From: Azolla caroliniana
Lineage: Eukaryota > Plantae > Polypodiophyta
Length of the DNA: 64,000 bases
NCBI GenBank assembly: GCA_043228905.1
Contig: JBHGNT010000015.1
Coordinates: forward strand, 8,804,001 to 8,868,000
Direction of reading: 5' to 3'
In this document: piece by piece, positions 23,870-36,154 of the stretch
Layout of the letters: every line of letters starts with the position of its first letter
How positions within the stretch are numbered: the stretch's first letter is position 1
The notes under the pieces: model-generated
What the model was told of the DNA's origin: nothing
What the model saw: the letters and a program-made list of their open reading frames with translations, nothing else
The model's database searches: none
Translations under genes and position numbers: made by a program

Positions 23870-26168
23870 GAAATGACCATATCGAGTGCGAAATGTCATT
23901 TTCCACTCATCTCCCAGTCGAATGCGAACAAGATTATATGCACCCCTTAAATCAATTTTTGTAAAATGTTTTGCCCCACCAATGCGCTCTAAAAGACTGG
24001 AGATTAAAGGAAGATCATACCTATTTCTTACGGTGACTTTATTTAATCCTCGATAGTCCACAACCAAACGAAGCGACCTGTCCTTTTTCTTCACAAAAAA
24101 TATAGGAGCACTTGCTAGAGACTTTGAATGTCGAATAAACCCATATGCAAGATTCTCCTCGATGTATTCTCGAAGAACCTCAAGCTCAGTTGGTGATAGA
24201 TTGTAGATCAAACCCCAGGGTGGCTCTTTTCCTAGTTGGAGGTTGATGGGACAATCGTACGGTCGATGCTTTGGAAGTACACTAGCTTTGACTTTGTCGA
24301 AAACATCAGCATATTCTTGATATTTTTCGGGAATTTGGATGTCTGAATTGCCGTGAGTGGCACTAGAAGGTGTCACTAATATTGCAAATAAGACAAGTTT
24401 CTCCTTTCCTCCCACTTGGGACAATTGTTGCAATGTGATGGTTGAGATTTGGTGAAAAGGAGATGGTGCACTCATAGAACTATATTCTTTAATAGAATAG
24501 TCCTGGGTTCGATCCTTATTATTGATGTTTTCTGTAGAAGGGCACCAAATTTCTCGCCGCCTCCAATCGATTCTTGGGTTATGTAGCTCAAATCATGGCA
24601 AACCAAGGAGAAATGGATGCTCAGGTCTATGGATTATGTTATAGGAGACTACACATCCAAAATCACCTAAGAGTATGTGTATTTGCTCAGACTCTTCGAA
24701 TATCTTCCCGGAAGCTATGGGATGCCCATCAATCACTACTACAAAAACTGGGCAAGGAAGTGTATGCAAGGATATTTGATGTTTTTGGGCAAAATCTCTA
24801 TCCATGAAACAAGAATTGGCTTCGATATCTAAGAGGGTTTGGATGTGAAGTTGGCAACTCGGTGTCCTAATTTGTACTTGGGTTGAGAAGACTCTACTAA
24901 CATGCTTGGATGAAATGGAACCTACACTAGGTTGTATAGATCTAGGGTTGTCCAACCAAGTGACTCCTATTTTGGCCGGACTTATTCGTTTGACTCCTCT
25001 TCTAATTGGCTTAGGACTTCAAACTTATTGGACAATGGTGGATTATTCATAATATTAGAATCACTAAGTGCTTTGAAAATGTTGGATTCATTTTTATTGT
25101 CATAGTGAATTTGATTTACCTGACGTCTTGGCCTACGGGAGAAATGAATTGCTATATGCCCTGGACCTCCGCAATATAAGCATAGACAGTTTGCTCAACG
25201 TCATTGCTTTTCTTTGTCCGACAATGGTCCTCATCGTTGGGTCATATCGATCTCCATGGGTGTTGGCTTATCCATTCGGGTTGGACTACGTGTTTGCCTT
25301 GGGGTTGGAGCAGGGTTATACGTTTGCCTTGGAGACGATTGCAGCGTTACTGATGCATAAGTTGGTGTGTATCTTGATCTTGTTGTTGTTGTCGTTCACA
25401 TCGACGCTCAAAAAGACGATTATCACACCGTATTTCTCGACTAATAGCTTCTGTAAGTAATTTTGGATCCTCGAGGAAGGTAAGAAGTAAGTCCTTTACA
25501 TCACTAGGGAGACCGGAACAAAATTGCTCTATTAGGGCTTGTTCATCCCAAGGAATATCTCTTGTGATGCGACGGAAATTAGCTGAATATGTTGATGTTG
25601 GTTGATCATCTTAACGTAGTGTACTAATCTTGTTGATTGTTGTTCTTGCCCCATCTGTATCTCTGAACCAAGCCTTAAATTCTTCGACAAACTCCTCGAA
25701 ATTATGCAGTAGCGGAGAATTTGTCTTAGTAATGGAGCAAACCATTAGAACACTATGCAGTCAATAAGGTGCCCACTAATCCGACTCATGATGCATCTGT
25801 CGAATAACACATGGGATGCATTTAGATTACCAACCCCACTTGATTCAAGAAACCTCAGAAATGCGCCCTCGAACCATCAAATTTAGCTGGGAGACTGATT
25901 TTGGGCTCCTTAATACTTCCTTGACCTTTGACCCTTTGTTGTTGTAAAATTACAATTGTCGATTCTAATTGTTGCACCCGTCGCGTAAACTCTTCTTGTT
26001 GTTGTTACTTCTCCAAAGTAACCTTTTGTAGATCCCCAAGAAGATGTTGATTCTCTAATTCAAGAGATGCGAACTTGGATTTAAGATTCTCCACTTCTAC
26101 AACAAGGGTGATATATTCTTCTGAGTTAATGGCAGCCATGGTTTCATGATGTTTATAGAGGAGGATAA

Positions 26169-26169
<1 letters not shown>

Positions 26170-26223
<54 letters not shown>
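26170..26223. repeat. (GA)n microsatellite in the family C leader
   Basis: About 26 units here versus about 7 in the paralogs at 13017 and 15082. Confidence 0.9.
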
Positions 26224-26228
<5 letters not shown>

Positions 26229-27198
26229 GAATCAAACTGTCAGAACCAAAAGAAATGATAGAGTGGCGGAAGAAAGATTGTAAGAGATCACAAGAAGAGA
26301 GGAATGAAGTGATAACAAAAGAATGAATGTATTAATAAGCTGGAATAAAAATGGATACAAGATAGGCGATGAAAGCTTAAGACTGTTCTTGATTCGAGTT
26401 GGTTTGAGAAGAATTGTATGTCTATATTTATAGGTTCCTATAGAATAGCCTAGAGATTTCTATAATGTTCTAAAATATTCTAGACCTAGAATATTCTAAG
26501 ATGTTATCGAATATTCTAGAATATTCTAGAATGTTCTCGAACATTTAAAATCCTCAGTCTATTACAAGAAGTAGCTTTTATCATTTCATATGATCATATG
26601 CTATCTTAATGGGTAGGTTTTTGATTATGTATTATAGGGTCTTGGGTTCAAGCCCAAGTGAAGCCATGATGTTTATGTATTCATGACACTTGTTGGAAGA
26701 GGGAGAAATAAAAGATTGGAAAGAGAGAGAGGAAAAGAGATACAGTATTAAGATAGAAAGATACAATTGTTAAGAAAGTATTGTACTGCAATATAAAATG
26801 GAGAACAAAGAGTAGACCGTAGGGAGGTATAGGATGGCGTTGAACCAATTTGGTTTTTGGAGGATTGATAGATCCCTATTTATAAGTTTTGATAGAGTAA
26901 AATAGGTTACTCTAGAATATTCTAGGACATTCTAGAATATAGAGTAATCAAGTAATCTAGAAGGTTCTAGCATATAGGACATTCTAGAATACAAAACTAT
27001 TATAGAATATTCTTATGATATTAGATTATATATTCTAAAAACCATACACATAAACATGTTACTACAATGGTTAAAGATTTGACATGTGTATAACAAGGTT
27101 GTGTGTTCAAATCTTTTCGAGGCATCATGTATGTGTCATCATGACAGTCAGGGAACAACTTTGTCTTCCCCGCCTATAGGGCTGAGAGACCTACACGG

Positions 27199-28275
27199 TG
27201 TCGTGAAGATCCGTCACTACGCGCGGATCGTGAGGCGGAACCGCCGGGGTTCTGGACCAGAAGGATTTAGAGTCGATACAAGCTTTGGCGAGAAAGTACT
27301 TAAGATAGATTGGGAAAGAGAGAAGTTGAGATTACACGATTGATTTGAAAACGAATTTCTTCCTCTTAATTTTCATAAAAAAAAACCGTGTTTTTTCTCC
27401 TCCCCCTTCCCTCTTTTATAGATGCTCTCATGCATATGATGCATGTGAGGGTACAAGACATGCATAAATTGCATGTTTGCCATTTGGCGCTTAAGTATTA
27501 CATGTGGTGCATGCTAACCATGTCACTCATTTTAGCTCTCATGTATGAGAATTTACATGTAAAAGTACAATGATAGAAATATAATTTCAACTAAATAGCA
27601 TGACTTAATGGTAAGCCAATTGACTCCTAAGTTGGAGGTGCAAGGTTCGAATCCATACTTGCCCTCCTTGTATATGTAAATATGTATATATATTTATATA
27701 TTTATTTTATCTAGTCGCCGGTTCGCCGGATGTCGTCGATCGCCGGATACCGGTGCCGTTGCCGGATACCGGTGTCGTCGCCGGATGCCGCCGTCGGATA
27801 CCGGTGCCGCCGCCGGATGTCGACGCCGGATACCGGTGCCACATGCCGCCGCCGGATTGCGGTCGGATGCCATCGGATCACCGGCTCCATCGCCGGTCCG
27901 GTTTTGGTTGGCCAAAACTCTTTTCGAGTAGCTAGCCACCTCCACTCTTAGTTCAAGTTACCTTGAACTCTCTATGCTCCACACATAGACACAAAGATAA
28001 TATCTTTTGCTCCACCTTATATATGATGAGAGTCGTATTTGTCGTGCCTATGTGGGATATCTCACAATTTTCTCTTTTCTTTTCACAAACTTTATACCCT
28101 CATATCTTGACATTTAGTTGTCCATTTCTCGTGTAATAAAGTGCATTCGAAACCTCCATCATTTTGTACTTAGATATTAAAAATGTTATCTTCACAATTA
28201 TTGTATTACGTGATTCATACTCGATTTCGTACGTTTTATGGGATTTTCACACTATTGCCGAAAATCTTCACGACA
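27199..28275 (-). mobile_element. Family B solo LTR B6, TSD ACGG
   Basis: Termini TGTCGTGAAGAT/ATCTTCACGACA; ACGG at 27195-27198 and 28276-28279; absent from duplicate copy 1; similar to LTR 53554-54537; CG-rich ~19-bp array at 27715-27870. Confidence 0.9.
27594..27666 (+). ncRNA. tRNA-like module (Arg-CCU-like loop CTCCTAA) in the B6 LTR
   Basis: TGACTTAATGGTAAGCCA D-arm-like; CTCCTAA; GGAGGT; GGTTCGAATCC at 27644. Confidence 0.72.
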
Positions 28276-28300
28276 ACGGAGAGCTACCTGTGACGAAACC

Positions 28301-29204
28301 TGTCAGAACAAAGCAAGAGATTGAACGATTGAAGGAAGGTATAAGAGAATAGAAGAAGAGAGGAGAATGGACTAATAAGAGAAGAGTGGGTTTATTAGAA
28401 TAGAATGAGTACAAGGTAGGCTTGGAGCACAAGACTTGTGTTTATTCAAACTGATTTGATATGATCTATTTGTCTCTATTTATAGGTTTCTTTAGAATAG
28501 CTTAGAGATTTCTAGAATGTTCTAGACCTAGAATATTCTAGGGTGTTCCAGAATATTTCTAGAATGTTCTAGGAAGTTCTAGAAGTTTCTTTGATACAAT
28601 AATCACTATGAAAAGTAGTCTTTTATCATTTCACGTCCTCATAGGTTACCTTAATGGTTAGCTTTCAATTTCGTAATATGAAGTCCTGGGTTTAAGTGCA
28701 GGTGAGGCGTAGTGTTCACGGATTCATGACATTATCCTTCATCTTAAAATGACGAGTGGAAGGAGTTGTTAACAATGCAGGGCCGGGTTTGTTGGGATAG
28801 TGACGATGGAAGTCGTCGATAAGAGCTTGAGCACAAACATTATCGACAAGTTCCCATGTGCGATCGCTCAAGGTATACCCTAGCCAATCAACTACATAAT
28901 ACAACTTGTTGGAAACAATCTTAGAATCAAAGAATGGAGGCTACCTCGTACTCTAGGCCATCAACATGTTGGAGAGGAGGCGGCAACGACATGACACGAT
29001 TGGGAATTGAGCTTGTGTGGCAAGGTTCCAAAAGAGAGTTGTAAAAGACTGGATGAAGCTGCAAATTTGCAGGAAGATCAAGACGGAATGTTGCATCATT
29101 AATCGGCTTCGTGATGACAAAAGGACCCAAGTGTTTATATTCTAGCTTATCACATGGTCAAGTAGTCTTTATGTGCCGACAACAATTCCTAACTCTCCAC
29201 AAGT
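28301..29204 (-). mobile_element. Duplicate of the chromovirus 3' end: LTR 28301-28731, PPT, chromodomain and INT C-terminus
   Basis: ORFs 28716-28904 (YYVVDWLGYTLSDRTWE) and 28927-29130 (GPFVI...LHPVF). Confidence 0.85.
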
Positions 29205-29253
29205 AGGGTGAGTCAAGGCGGTGTCGCGTGCCGGCAAGAGAAGACCGCAATGG

Positions 29254-30877
29254 TGTTGCGAAGTTTCGCGCGTGTTTGTTACTTGGGTGGGACCACGGTA
29301 GGGAGTACTGAAGGGATAGAGAGACCCGAGTTTTGCTTTAGGACGATGCTACTTCCTGACCCGTTCTTGAGCAATGCCTCGTTGCCCCTTTTTGTGAAGC
29401 CGATGGCTTTCGTTGATCACGACTCGTCGAGTTTTTGAGTTCACCACACGAGCCAAGTGATCAAGCGGGTACAAGCAAAGATGAGCACGCAAGATGAACG
29501 CACAAGGGGATGATAACACAAACACGAATGCTCATACGTCTTTATGAGGAGGAGATATGCATGGGCATGCCCGAACGCTCCCTTGTAACAAGATGTGGAA
29601 CGTACAAGGAAGACACAAAACACACACACAAATGCTCGTACGCCTTTATGAGGAGGAGAGGTGCATGGGCAAGCTCGAACGCTCTTTCGTCACAAGATGA
29701 CCGAACGTACAAGGAAGACACAAACTCACGCACAAATGCTCGTACTTCTTTATGAGGAGGAGAGGTGCATGGGCACGCCCGAAATGCTCCGTCATCACAA
29801 GACGACTGAACGTACAAGGAAGACACAAACACACGCACAAAATGCTTGTACGTCTTTATGAGGAGGAGAGGTGCATGGACACGCTTGAAACACTCCCTTG
29901 TCACAAGATGGACGAACGTACAAGGAAGACACAAACACACGCACAAAATGCTCGTACACCTTTATGAGGAGGAGAGGTGCATGGGCACGCCCGAAATGCT
30001 CCCTCGTCACAAGACGGCTGAACGTACAAGGAAGACACAAACACACACACAAAATGCTCTTATGCCTTAATAAGGAGGAGAGGTGCATGGGCACGCCCGA
30101 AATGCTCCCTCGTCACAAGACGACCGAATGTACAAGGAAGACACAAACACACGCACAAATGCTCGTACGCCTTTATGAGGAGGAGAGGTGCATGGGCACT
30201 CCTGAAACGCTCCCTCATCACAAGACGGCCGAACGTACAAGGAAGACACAAACACACGCACAAAATGCTCGTACACCTTTATGAGGAGGAGAGGTGCATG
30301 GGCACGCCCGAAACACTCCCTCGTCACAAACTCGGGCTCACGAGCACTTCAAGTGCGAACGTGAAGAAGACGAGCACGTGGCGATGAGGGGATGAAGGGT
30401 ATGAGATGAAGGGAAGTGGTGAAGAAGAAGATGAAGAGCTCCGAAGGAAAAATGGCGATAGTCTCCTCCTCCCAAAATGTCCTTCTAAATGAGCCCCCCT
30501 TGACCACCTTTTATAGGAAAAAAAGAAGGGGGGTCACCAATTTTGTCCTCAATGAAAAAGGAATAAAATTCTTTAAATCACGCTCCATTGTAAGACCGGA
30601 TTTGAACTGAGCACCTCTAGCTAGAAATCAATGTGACTATCCACTAGCCCATTAACTCTCTCTTATATAATATATAATTCTATATCTACAAATTCATAAC
30701 TTGTCTCCCCTCTACTTTTTATCTCTCCTCTCTCTTACTTTTTACACGAGCTCCTATACCCCCTTTCCACCCATGTGCACTATTAATTGCCTTTGTGTGC
30801 ACACACATTGCACATGCATATTTTGACCCTCCCCTTTCGCCAATTTTTCCCACTCTCGAGCACGACACATCACGACA
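29254..30877 (-). mobile_element. Family B-like solo LTR B7 containing a ~105-bp tandem array
   Basis: Start TGTTGCGAAGTTTCGCGCGTG is the reverse complement of the B5 LTR end; end CACGACA; flanks ATGG/ACGA (decayed ACGG); absent from copy 1. Confidence 0.8.
29490..30330. repeat. Tandem array, 104-106-bp unit, about 8 copies
   Basis: TTTATGAGGAGG recurs at 29541, 29645, 29749, 29855, 29961, 30067 (variant), 30172 and 30278. Confidence 0.95.
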
Positions 30878-31307
30878 ACGAACTATTGGTATTGTGGCCA
30901 AAAGGGCCATAGAGAGAGCGAGTGCTGGAAGGCGGGCGCTAATTCGGACAAATTCGGATCCGGCAAGGCCGGTCAAGGAACCGGCAAAGCTCGCACTACG
31001 TCGAGGAATCGGAAAAATCTGGTTCCGGAAATGGAACTGAGCCAGCCTTTGTGATGAAACACAAGTCTAACTCGATGAAGAAGACCACTTCTGGTTTGAA
31101 GGAAGTGTGGTATGTTGTCTACGGAGCGTCGAACCATATGAGGAGAAATAAAGAATTATTCTCGTTCCTGGAAAAACCGGAGCAACCAAGAGTTGTCAAA
31201 ACCAAAGACGACACTCCTCATATCATCGAGAACATCGGTGAGATCCGTCTCAACCATGTCGGGCAGAAGGGAAAGCTGATGAACGTCCTGCACGTCCCGA
31301 CAATCAC

Positions 31308-32422
31308 TTGCATTGGATTCGATAGGAAATTTAGGGTTTTTGGGTGATATCTTTCATTGATGGATGGCCCCCTAAGAAAATTAGGATTCCTAGTTTTGTT
31401 CCCGCAAATACACTTGCATGAAGGAACTTCAGTTTGCATCTCCAGTTCCATTGCATGCTTCCGACATGGCATTTACTTTAGTTGCATGGCCTCCACCTTT
31501 CTTTTGCATGCCTTCCACATGACCTTTACTTTATGCATGCCCTCCAACTTTAGTTACATGCGTCCACATCGCCTTTACTTTAGTTTACTTTTCTTTACTT
31601 TACTTTAATTCGCCGCATGATCCTATCATCCATCCATCTCGATCATCACCCATCTGATCCGTCTGGTCTCCGCCCAATTGGTTTCGTCGCCGGTTCCGTT
31701 CCGTCATTAGTTCCCAGCTTCGTTGCCAACCGGTTTTGGTTCCGTTCCTTCTCCGGTTCGGTCGGTTGCCAATTGTCGGTTGTCGGCTCCATCCGGTTCT
31801 CGGCTTCGTCTAGTAACCAGTTGTCGGTTCTGTCCGATCATCGATTCCCAGCTTCGTCTAGTTGCCGTTCCGGTTCTGATCTATCGTCGTCCGGTTTCCA
31901 GCTCCGTCTAGTTGCCAATTTTGTCTGGTAACCAGTTTCGCCCGGTCGCCAATTTCTGGCTCTATCCGATTGCCAACTCCATCCAATTGTCGGTTTCCAA
32001 CTTCATTCTAGTTGCCAGTTGTTAGCTCTATCATCGGCCTGTTCTTGTTCCTTCACTGGCCGGTTCGGGCAACTTAGCCACATCCGACGACTTAGCCACA
32101 TCTGTCCATCTAGACAAAGTGACCCAAGTCCAACCATTCCTTTTGTGCTCTTAACACATAGATGAAAACTAATGGTTCTCAATCTGCTTATATAGCTGGA
32201 TCCTAAAGTTTCCTATCTATGTGGGATATTTCACAATTCTATTTTCCCTATCTTCTCAAACATCATATTCACATAACTTGATATGTAGTTGTCCACTTTA
32301 TATGTAGTAAAAGGCGTTTTGAAGCTCTTGAAGATGTCTATCTTTTTATACCAAGCCACTAATCTAATCTAAAATAATTATTTCATTATTTTTTTACATA
32401 GTGTGTGAAGAATTACACAACA
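31308..32422 (-). mobile_element. Truncated B2-like LTR (B8)
   Basis: Homologous to 5040-5927; ends CACAACA; right flank TCGG (host CCGG in copy 1); left end lost together with adjacent host DNA. Confidence 0.75.
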
Positions 32423-33425
32423 TCGGCATACTTGGATCTATCTAATCCAGAAGAAAAGCAAAGTCTTCTCGTGTTTCCGGGATTTGAAGAACCTCATCGA
32501 ACATTAGACCGGAAGAAAGATCAAGTGTCTAAGACCAGATGAAAGAAAAGAGTACTTCTCCGGCTAGTTCACGAGCTATCTGCAAATGAAGGGAATCTTA
32601 TGGGAATTCCCTTGTAGATACACGCCGGAAGAGAACGGCGTGGCCGAACATTGGAACAGGACGCTGGTAGAAGTGGCAAAGGCGATGCTTGAGGAGAAAA
32701 GCATGCCCAAGTTTTATTGGGCCGAAGCAATTCAGACAGCCGTCTACATCTAGAATCTGATATCGGCCCTAGGGACAAAGGTGTCGTCGCATGAACTTTA
32801 TTTCGAGCGGAAGCCAAATTTGGCACACTTTCGGGTGTTCGGTAGCATTGCATATGTGCATGTACCGAAAAAAAAACAGAGGAAGTTAGACGCGAAAGAT
32901 GACAAATGCATTCTCAATGGCTACTCGGATGAATAAAATGTTGGGAATATGTCCCTCCAATGGGAGGAGGAACCGACTGTCCAGAAGGTGCTCATAGTCG
33001 ATGACTACGAGGAGCCGACTGATCGGACCAAGGAGTGACGATAGTCGAAAACAAGGAAGATTCGATTGTTCGGAAAGCTGACAATTGAAGAGTCGAAAAC
33101 AATGAGTCGATTGTTTGATAGTTCAACTATTATTATTATAACAATAATAATAATGATACGTAGTAAAGGCTACATTTGTAAATAGCCCATACAGTGTATA
33201 AGTATAAATACACTTAGGGCTAAACGTGTGTGTAGAACAAAAGTAGTGTGAGAGCGTGTGAGACAGAGAGTGAGTGAGAGCAGTGCCATAGCTGTGTGCG
33301 TAACAGTAGACACCAAGAGCCCTGCGTTGTCGTAGTGTATTTTGTACACTACGTGAAAAACGTATATAGTATTAGATTCAATAAAAAATGAAGAAATAGA
33401 AGAAAATAGCAAAATAAATGGAACA

Positions 33426-33497
33426 TGCATAGGGCAAGATTCGAACCTTGCACCTCCATGTTAATAATGTAATGTCTTACCATTACACTAGCATTTC
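33426..33497 (-). ncRNA. tRNA-like A/B-box module in the B4 5' LTR (copy 36245-36316)
   Basis: Minus strand TAGTGTAATGG...GGAGGTGCAAGGTTCGAATCTTGC; 44-nt spacing; antisense to the element. Confidence 0.7.
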
Positions 33498-34120
33498 ATT
33501 AGTGTTAAAGCATAGATGTCCCACATAGAAAGGTAAATTCACGCTAGGATAAACATTAGAAAAACGCATAACAAAAGAAAACGCTACACATACACATCTA
33601 GCGTGCATGATAAAAAACGCACAAGTTAGAAAAAAGCATGATCACTTTAGATAAAGCATATAGTCTATCTATAGGAAAAGCATGGGGTCTATAGTTAGAG
33701 AAAAAGCATGGATTACTAAGACTTCCTCATCACTACATAAGGATGGGGAGCACAATGTAATTGTGTGTGAAATATTTGGAAATTGGATATATTTCCGAAA
33801 ACACCAACCGATTAATATAATCGTGGGATTCACGAAAATAATATAATCTATACTTGTGGGATTCACAAGTTTCTTATATCTTTCTTTCAATCTAAATACA
33901 TATTCTTATCTAAATATTGATTAATCGAATACAATACACTCGTGGGATTCACGAAATTTCTATCTCTCTTTCTAATAATCTATTCATTACTAGCCTCATC
34001 TCATATTCTTCTTTCTCCTAGTCCAAAACCTCGGCGGTTCCCACCCGACTCACGCAACGATCCGGAGCCGAAAGGCACGACACAGTTGGTGAACCCGACG
34101 TGAAGGCGGGTGGCAAGGAG

Positions 34121-36154
34121 ATGGAGAATCAACAAGAGGCAATGAGCATAACGATGATGATGATGTTCGAGCGGATGCTACAAGAACAACGAGTGATGTC
34201 GGAGATCACGGGGGCAGTAAAGCGGCTCGTACAACGAAACGGACAATTCAACGGAAACGATGTGTCATGCTATCTACGTGACTACAAGGCGGAGATGATA
34301 CGATGTGGGATACCGGAAGGATTGCAAGTGACATCCTTCAATCGGGTGGCCACGGATGAGCTACAAGAGAGAATCCACAAGATACGGCAACAAAACTCGA
34401 CATGGGGGTCATTTGAAGAAGGTTTACGAGAGGCATATGATTACAAGAGATCGAAGGGAAAAGATCAGCGAGAATTCGACGAATGGGTGGCATCGGAGAA
34501 GACCCACCGAAGTGCAACACAAGCATTCCTAGAGTTCGAGAATCGTTTTGCTCGACTCTCGGAGCGAGAACAACGGTTGGTGGGGGAGGATAAAGTCCTA
34601 ATGTTCGTAAAATCGATCGATCGAAAAGAAAGGATGGACATCGGGATCGAACTCGAAGATGATGACGGTGCGAACGGTCTTACTGAGGATTGGGCCAAAG
34701 TCGAAAGGGTATGCCGAAGACATGATGAAAGGAAGCTGAGAATCTCGTCAACAACGACATGGCCCATGAAGGATGGTCGATTGAGGAAAAACGATGAAGC
34801 CAATATGAAGGCCGAAATACAACATGATGGTACCACGGGAGAAAGAGTGGAACAAGACACCCACTTGTCTTGTGAAAGAACGATGGCGAAGGATAAGGCC
34901 GATAATTCAAGTGTAGAAGGAAATTTCGGGATACAAGTGCCCGAGACATCGGGTCAAAAAGGGGTAAGCATAATAGATGTTTGCATAATTGATGCAGATA
35001 AAGAGTGTGAAGCGGATGTGATTAAGGAGGTAGCCACAAAAGACGAAATCGAATCGGAGGTGGCTATGGACGAATCAATGGCGGATTGCCATATCGAGAC
35101 TTCCCCACCACTGATTCCAGAGACTCCGGCGGTTGCGATCGAAAGGCAACGTGAGACCAAAGAGACGGAAGGTGGCGGAGAGAAAACGAATGTCGAAGCC
35201 GACGAATACGATGAAGAGATAGCCGAGAAGAATGCTAAGGGTGAAACTACGAAAGAAGGTAATACCGAGGATTCATGCCAACAATATCTAGAGACTTCGG
35301 CGGTTGTGTCCGAGAACCAACGTGAGACCGGAGAGACGGGAGATGACGGCGAGGAAGGTAAAGTCGGAAGTCGGTTCGGATGGAAAATGATTCATCCGAA
35401 ATTCCAATCTAAAAGAAAGTGTGACAATGCGGAGGTCGGGTCTACGACGGGAGAAGCGCGTAATACAGAGCACGCTCTACGGCGAATAAAGAAACGCGTG
35501 TTATGGCGAATAAAGAAGCACGCGCTACGGCGAGAAAAGAAGCATGCATTACAACCACACGAGGACCGAACAACGAGCACATATCGGAGGACCTACGTGG
35601 CGAACAACGGAAAGAAGTGCCGAAAGTCGAACCGGACAAGGCAGGTGAAAACGAAGAAAAGAAAGCAAATCCAGACGAAAAGAAAAGAAAAGAAACCGAC
35701 CCGAAAGAGCACTAAATCGGTAAAAACCGATCAACCGAGTCCGGATCGACCGAATACAAATCGGAAAGGAAGCCGAACTAAACGAAAGACGATCCGACGA
35801 GACCGAATCGGAAGTAAGCTAATCCGACTAAACCAAAAATCCGAAAAGAAGTCGAGATTGATGAAGAAAAGAAAGAGGGCAAGAAAAGATACTACCGCGG
35901 ATGACAAGGACCAAGCGGGCCATGCAAAAAGCGAACGAAGACTATGGTGGATCGGATGTCGACAATGGTTCGGGTGGAAAGAATGGATGTGCTCCAAATG
36001 GAGAGACAAAGTCAACATAACAAGAGAAGTCGAGGGTACTACGAGCCGGCAACGAAACCAATCGGGTAGAGACCGGACGGAGGAGACTAACAAACACCAA
36101 CAACTTCGGCACATACCGGAGGATGTGCGGGTTTGGAGGGGGCGAGTGTCGTAG
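34121..36154 (+). CDS. Gag-like protein of B4 (capsid-like domain plus acidic and basic tail); no pol
   Basis: Open frame 34100-36154, ATG at 34121; GQFNGNDVSCYLRDY, LVGEDKVLMF; the stop lies inside the 3' LTR. Confidence 0.75.
   Translation: MENQQEAMSITMMMMFERMLQEQRVMSEITGAVKRLVQRNGQFNGNDVSCYLRDYKAEMIRCGIPEGLQVTSFNRVATDELQERIHKIRQQNSTWGSFEEGLREAYDYKRSKGKDQREFDEWVASEKTHRSATQAFLEFENRFARLSEREQRLVGEDKVLMFVKSIDRKERMDIGIELEDDDGANGLTEDWAKVERVCRRHDERKLRISSTTTWPMKDGRLRKNDEANMKAEIQHDGTTGERVEQDTHLSCERTMAKDKADNSSVEGNFGIQVPETSGQKGVSIIDVCIIDADKECEADVIKEVATKDEIESEVAMDESMADCHIETSPPLIPETPAVAIERQRETKETEGGGEKTNVEADEYDEEIAEKNAKGETTKEGNTEDSCQQYLETSAVVSENQRETGETGDDGEEGKVGSRFGWKMIHPKFQSKRKCDNAEVGSTTGEARNTEHALRRIKKRVLWRIKKHALRREKKHALQPHEDRTTSTYRRTYVANNGKKCRKSNRTRQVKTKKRKQIQTKRKEKKPTRKSTKSVKTDQPSPDRPNTNRKGSRTKRKTIRRDRIGSKLIRLNQKSEKKSRLMKKRKRARKDTTADDKDQAGHAKSERRLWWIGCRQWFGWKEWMCSKWRDKVNITREVEGTTSRQRNQSGRDRTEETNKHQQLRHIPEDVRVWRGRVS

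Larger units (their letters stand above)
16059..26688 (-). mobile_element. Degenerate full-length (hybrid) chromovirus: 5' LTR 26238-26688, gag, PR, RT, RH, INT, chromodomain, 3' LTR 16059-16518; contains several nested inserts
   Basis: RT LRLVVDYRGLN (23867-24475) and VMPFGL...YLDDLLIYS (22899-23272); RH ELDASDFALG (22600-22868); INT PWKYISLDFIT (19770-20054); chromodomain YYVVDWLGY (about 16560-16720); PPT at 16519-16532. Confidence 0.85.
29205..32938 (+). mobile_element. Duplicate Copia D fragment, interrupted by B7 and B8
   Basis: Colinear with 16991-18430. Confidence 0.8.

Noticed and set aside
27199-28275. MITE or DNA transposon, because of the 12-bp terminal inverted repeats
   Set aside because: TG...CA ends and homology to the PPT-adjacent LTR at 53554-54537 identify it as a solo LTR.
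29490-30330. CRISPR-like array
   Set aside because: Whole units repeat with no unique spacers, there are no cas genes, and the context is a eukaryotic LTR.
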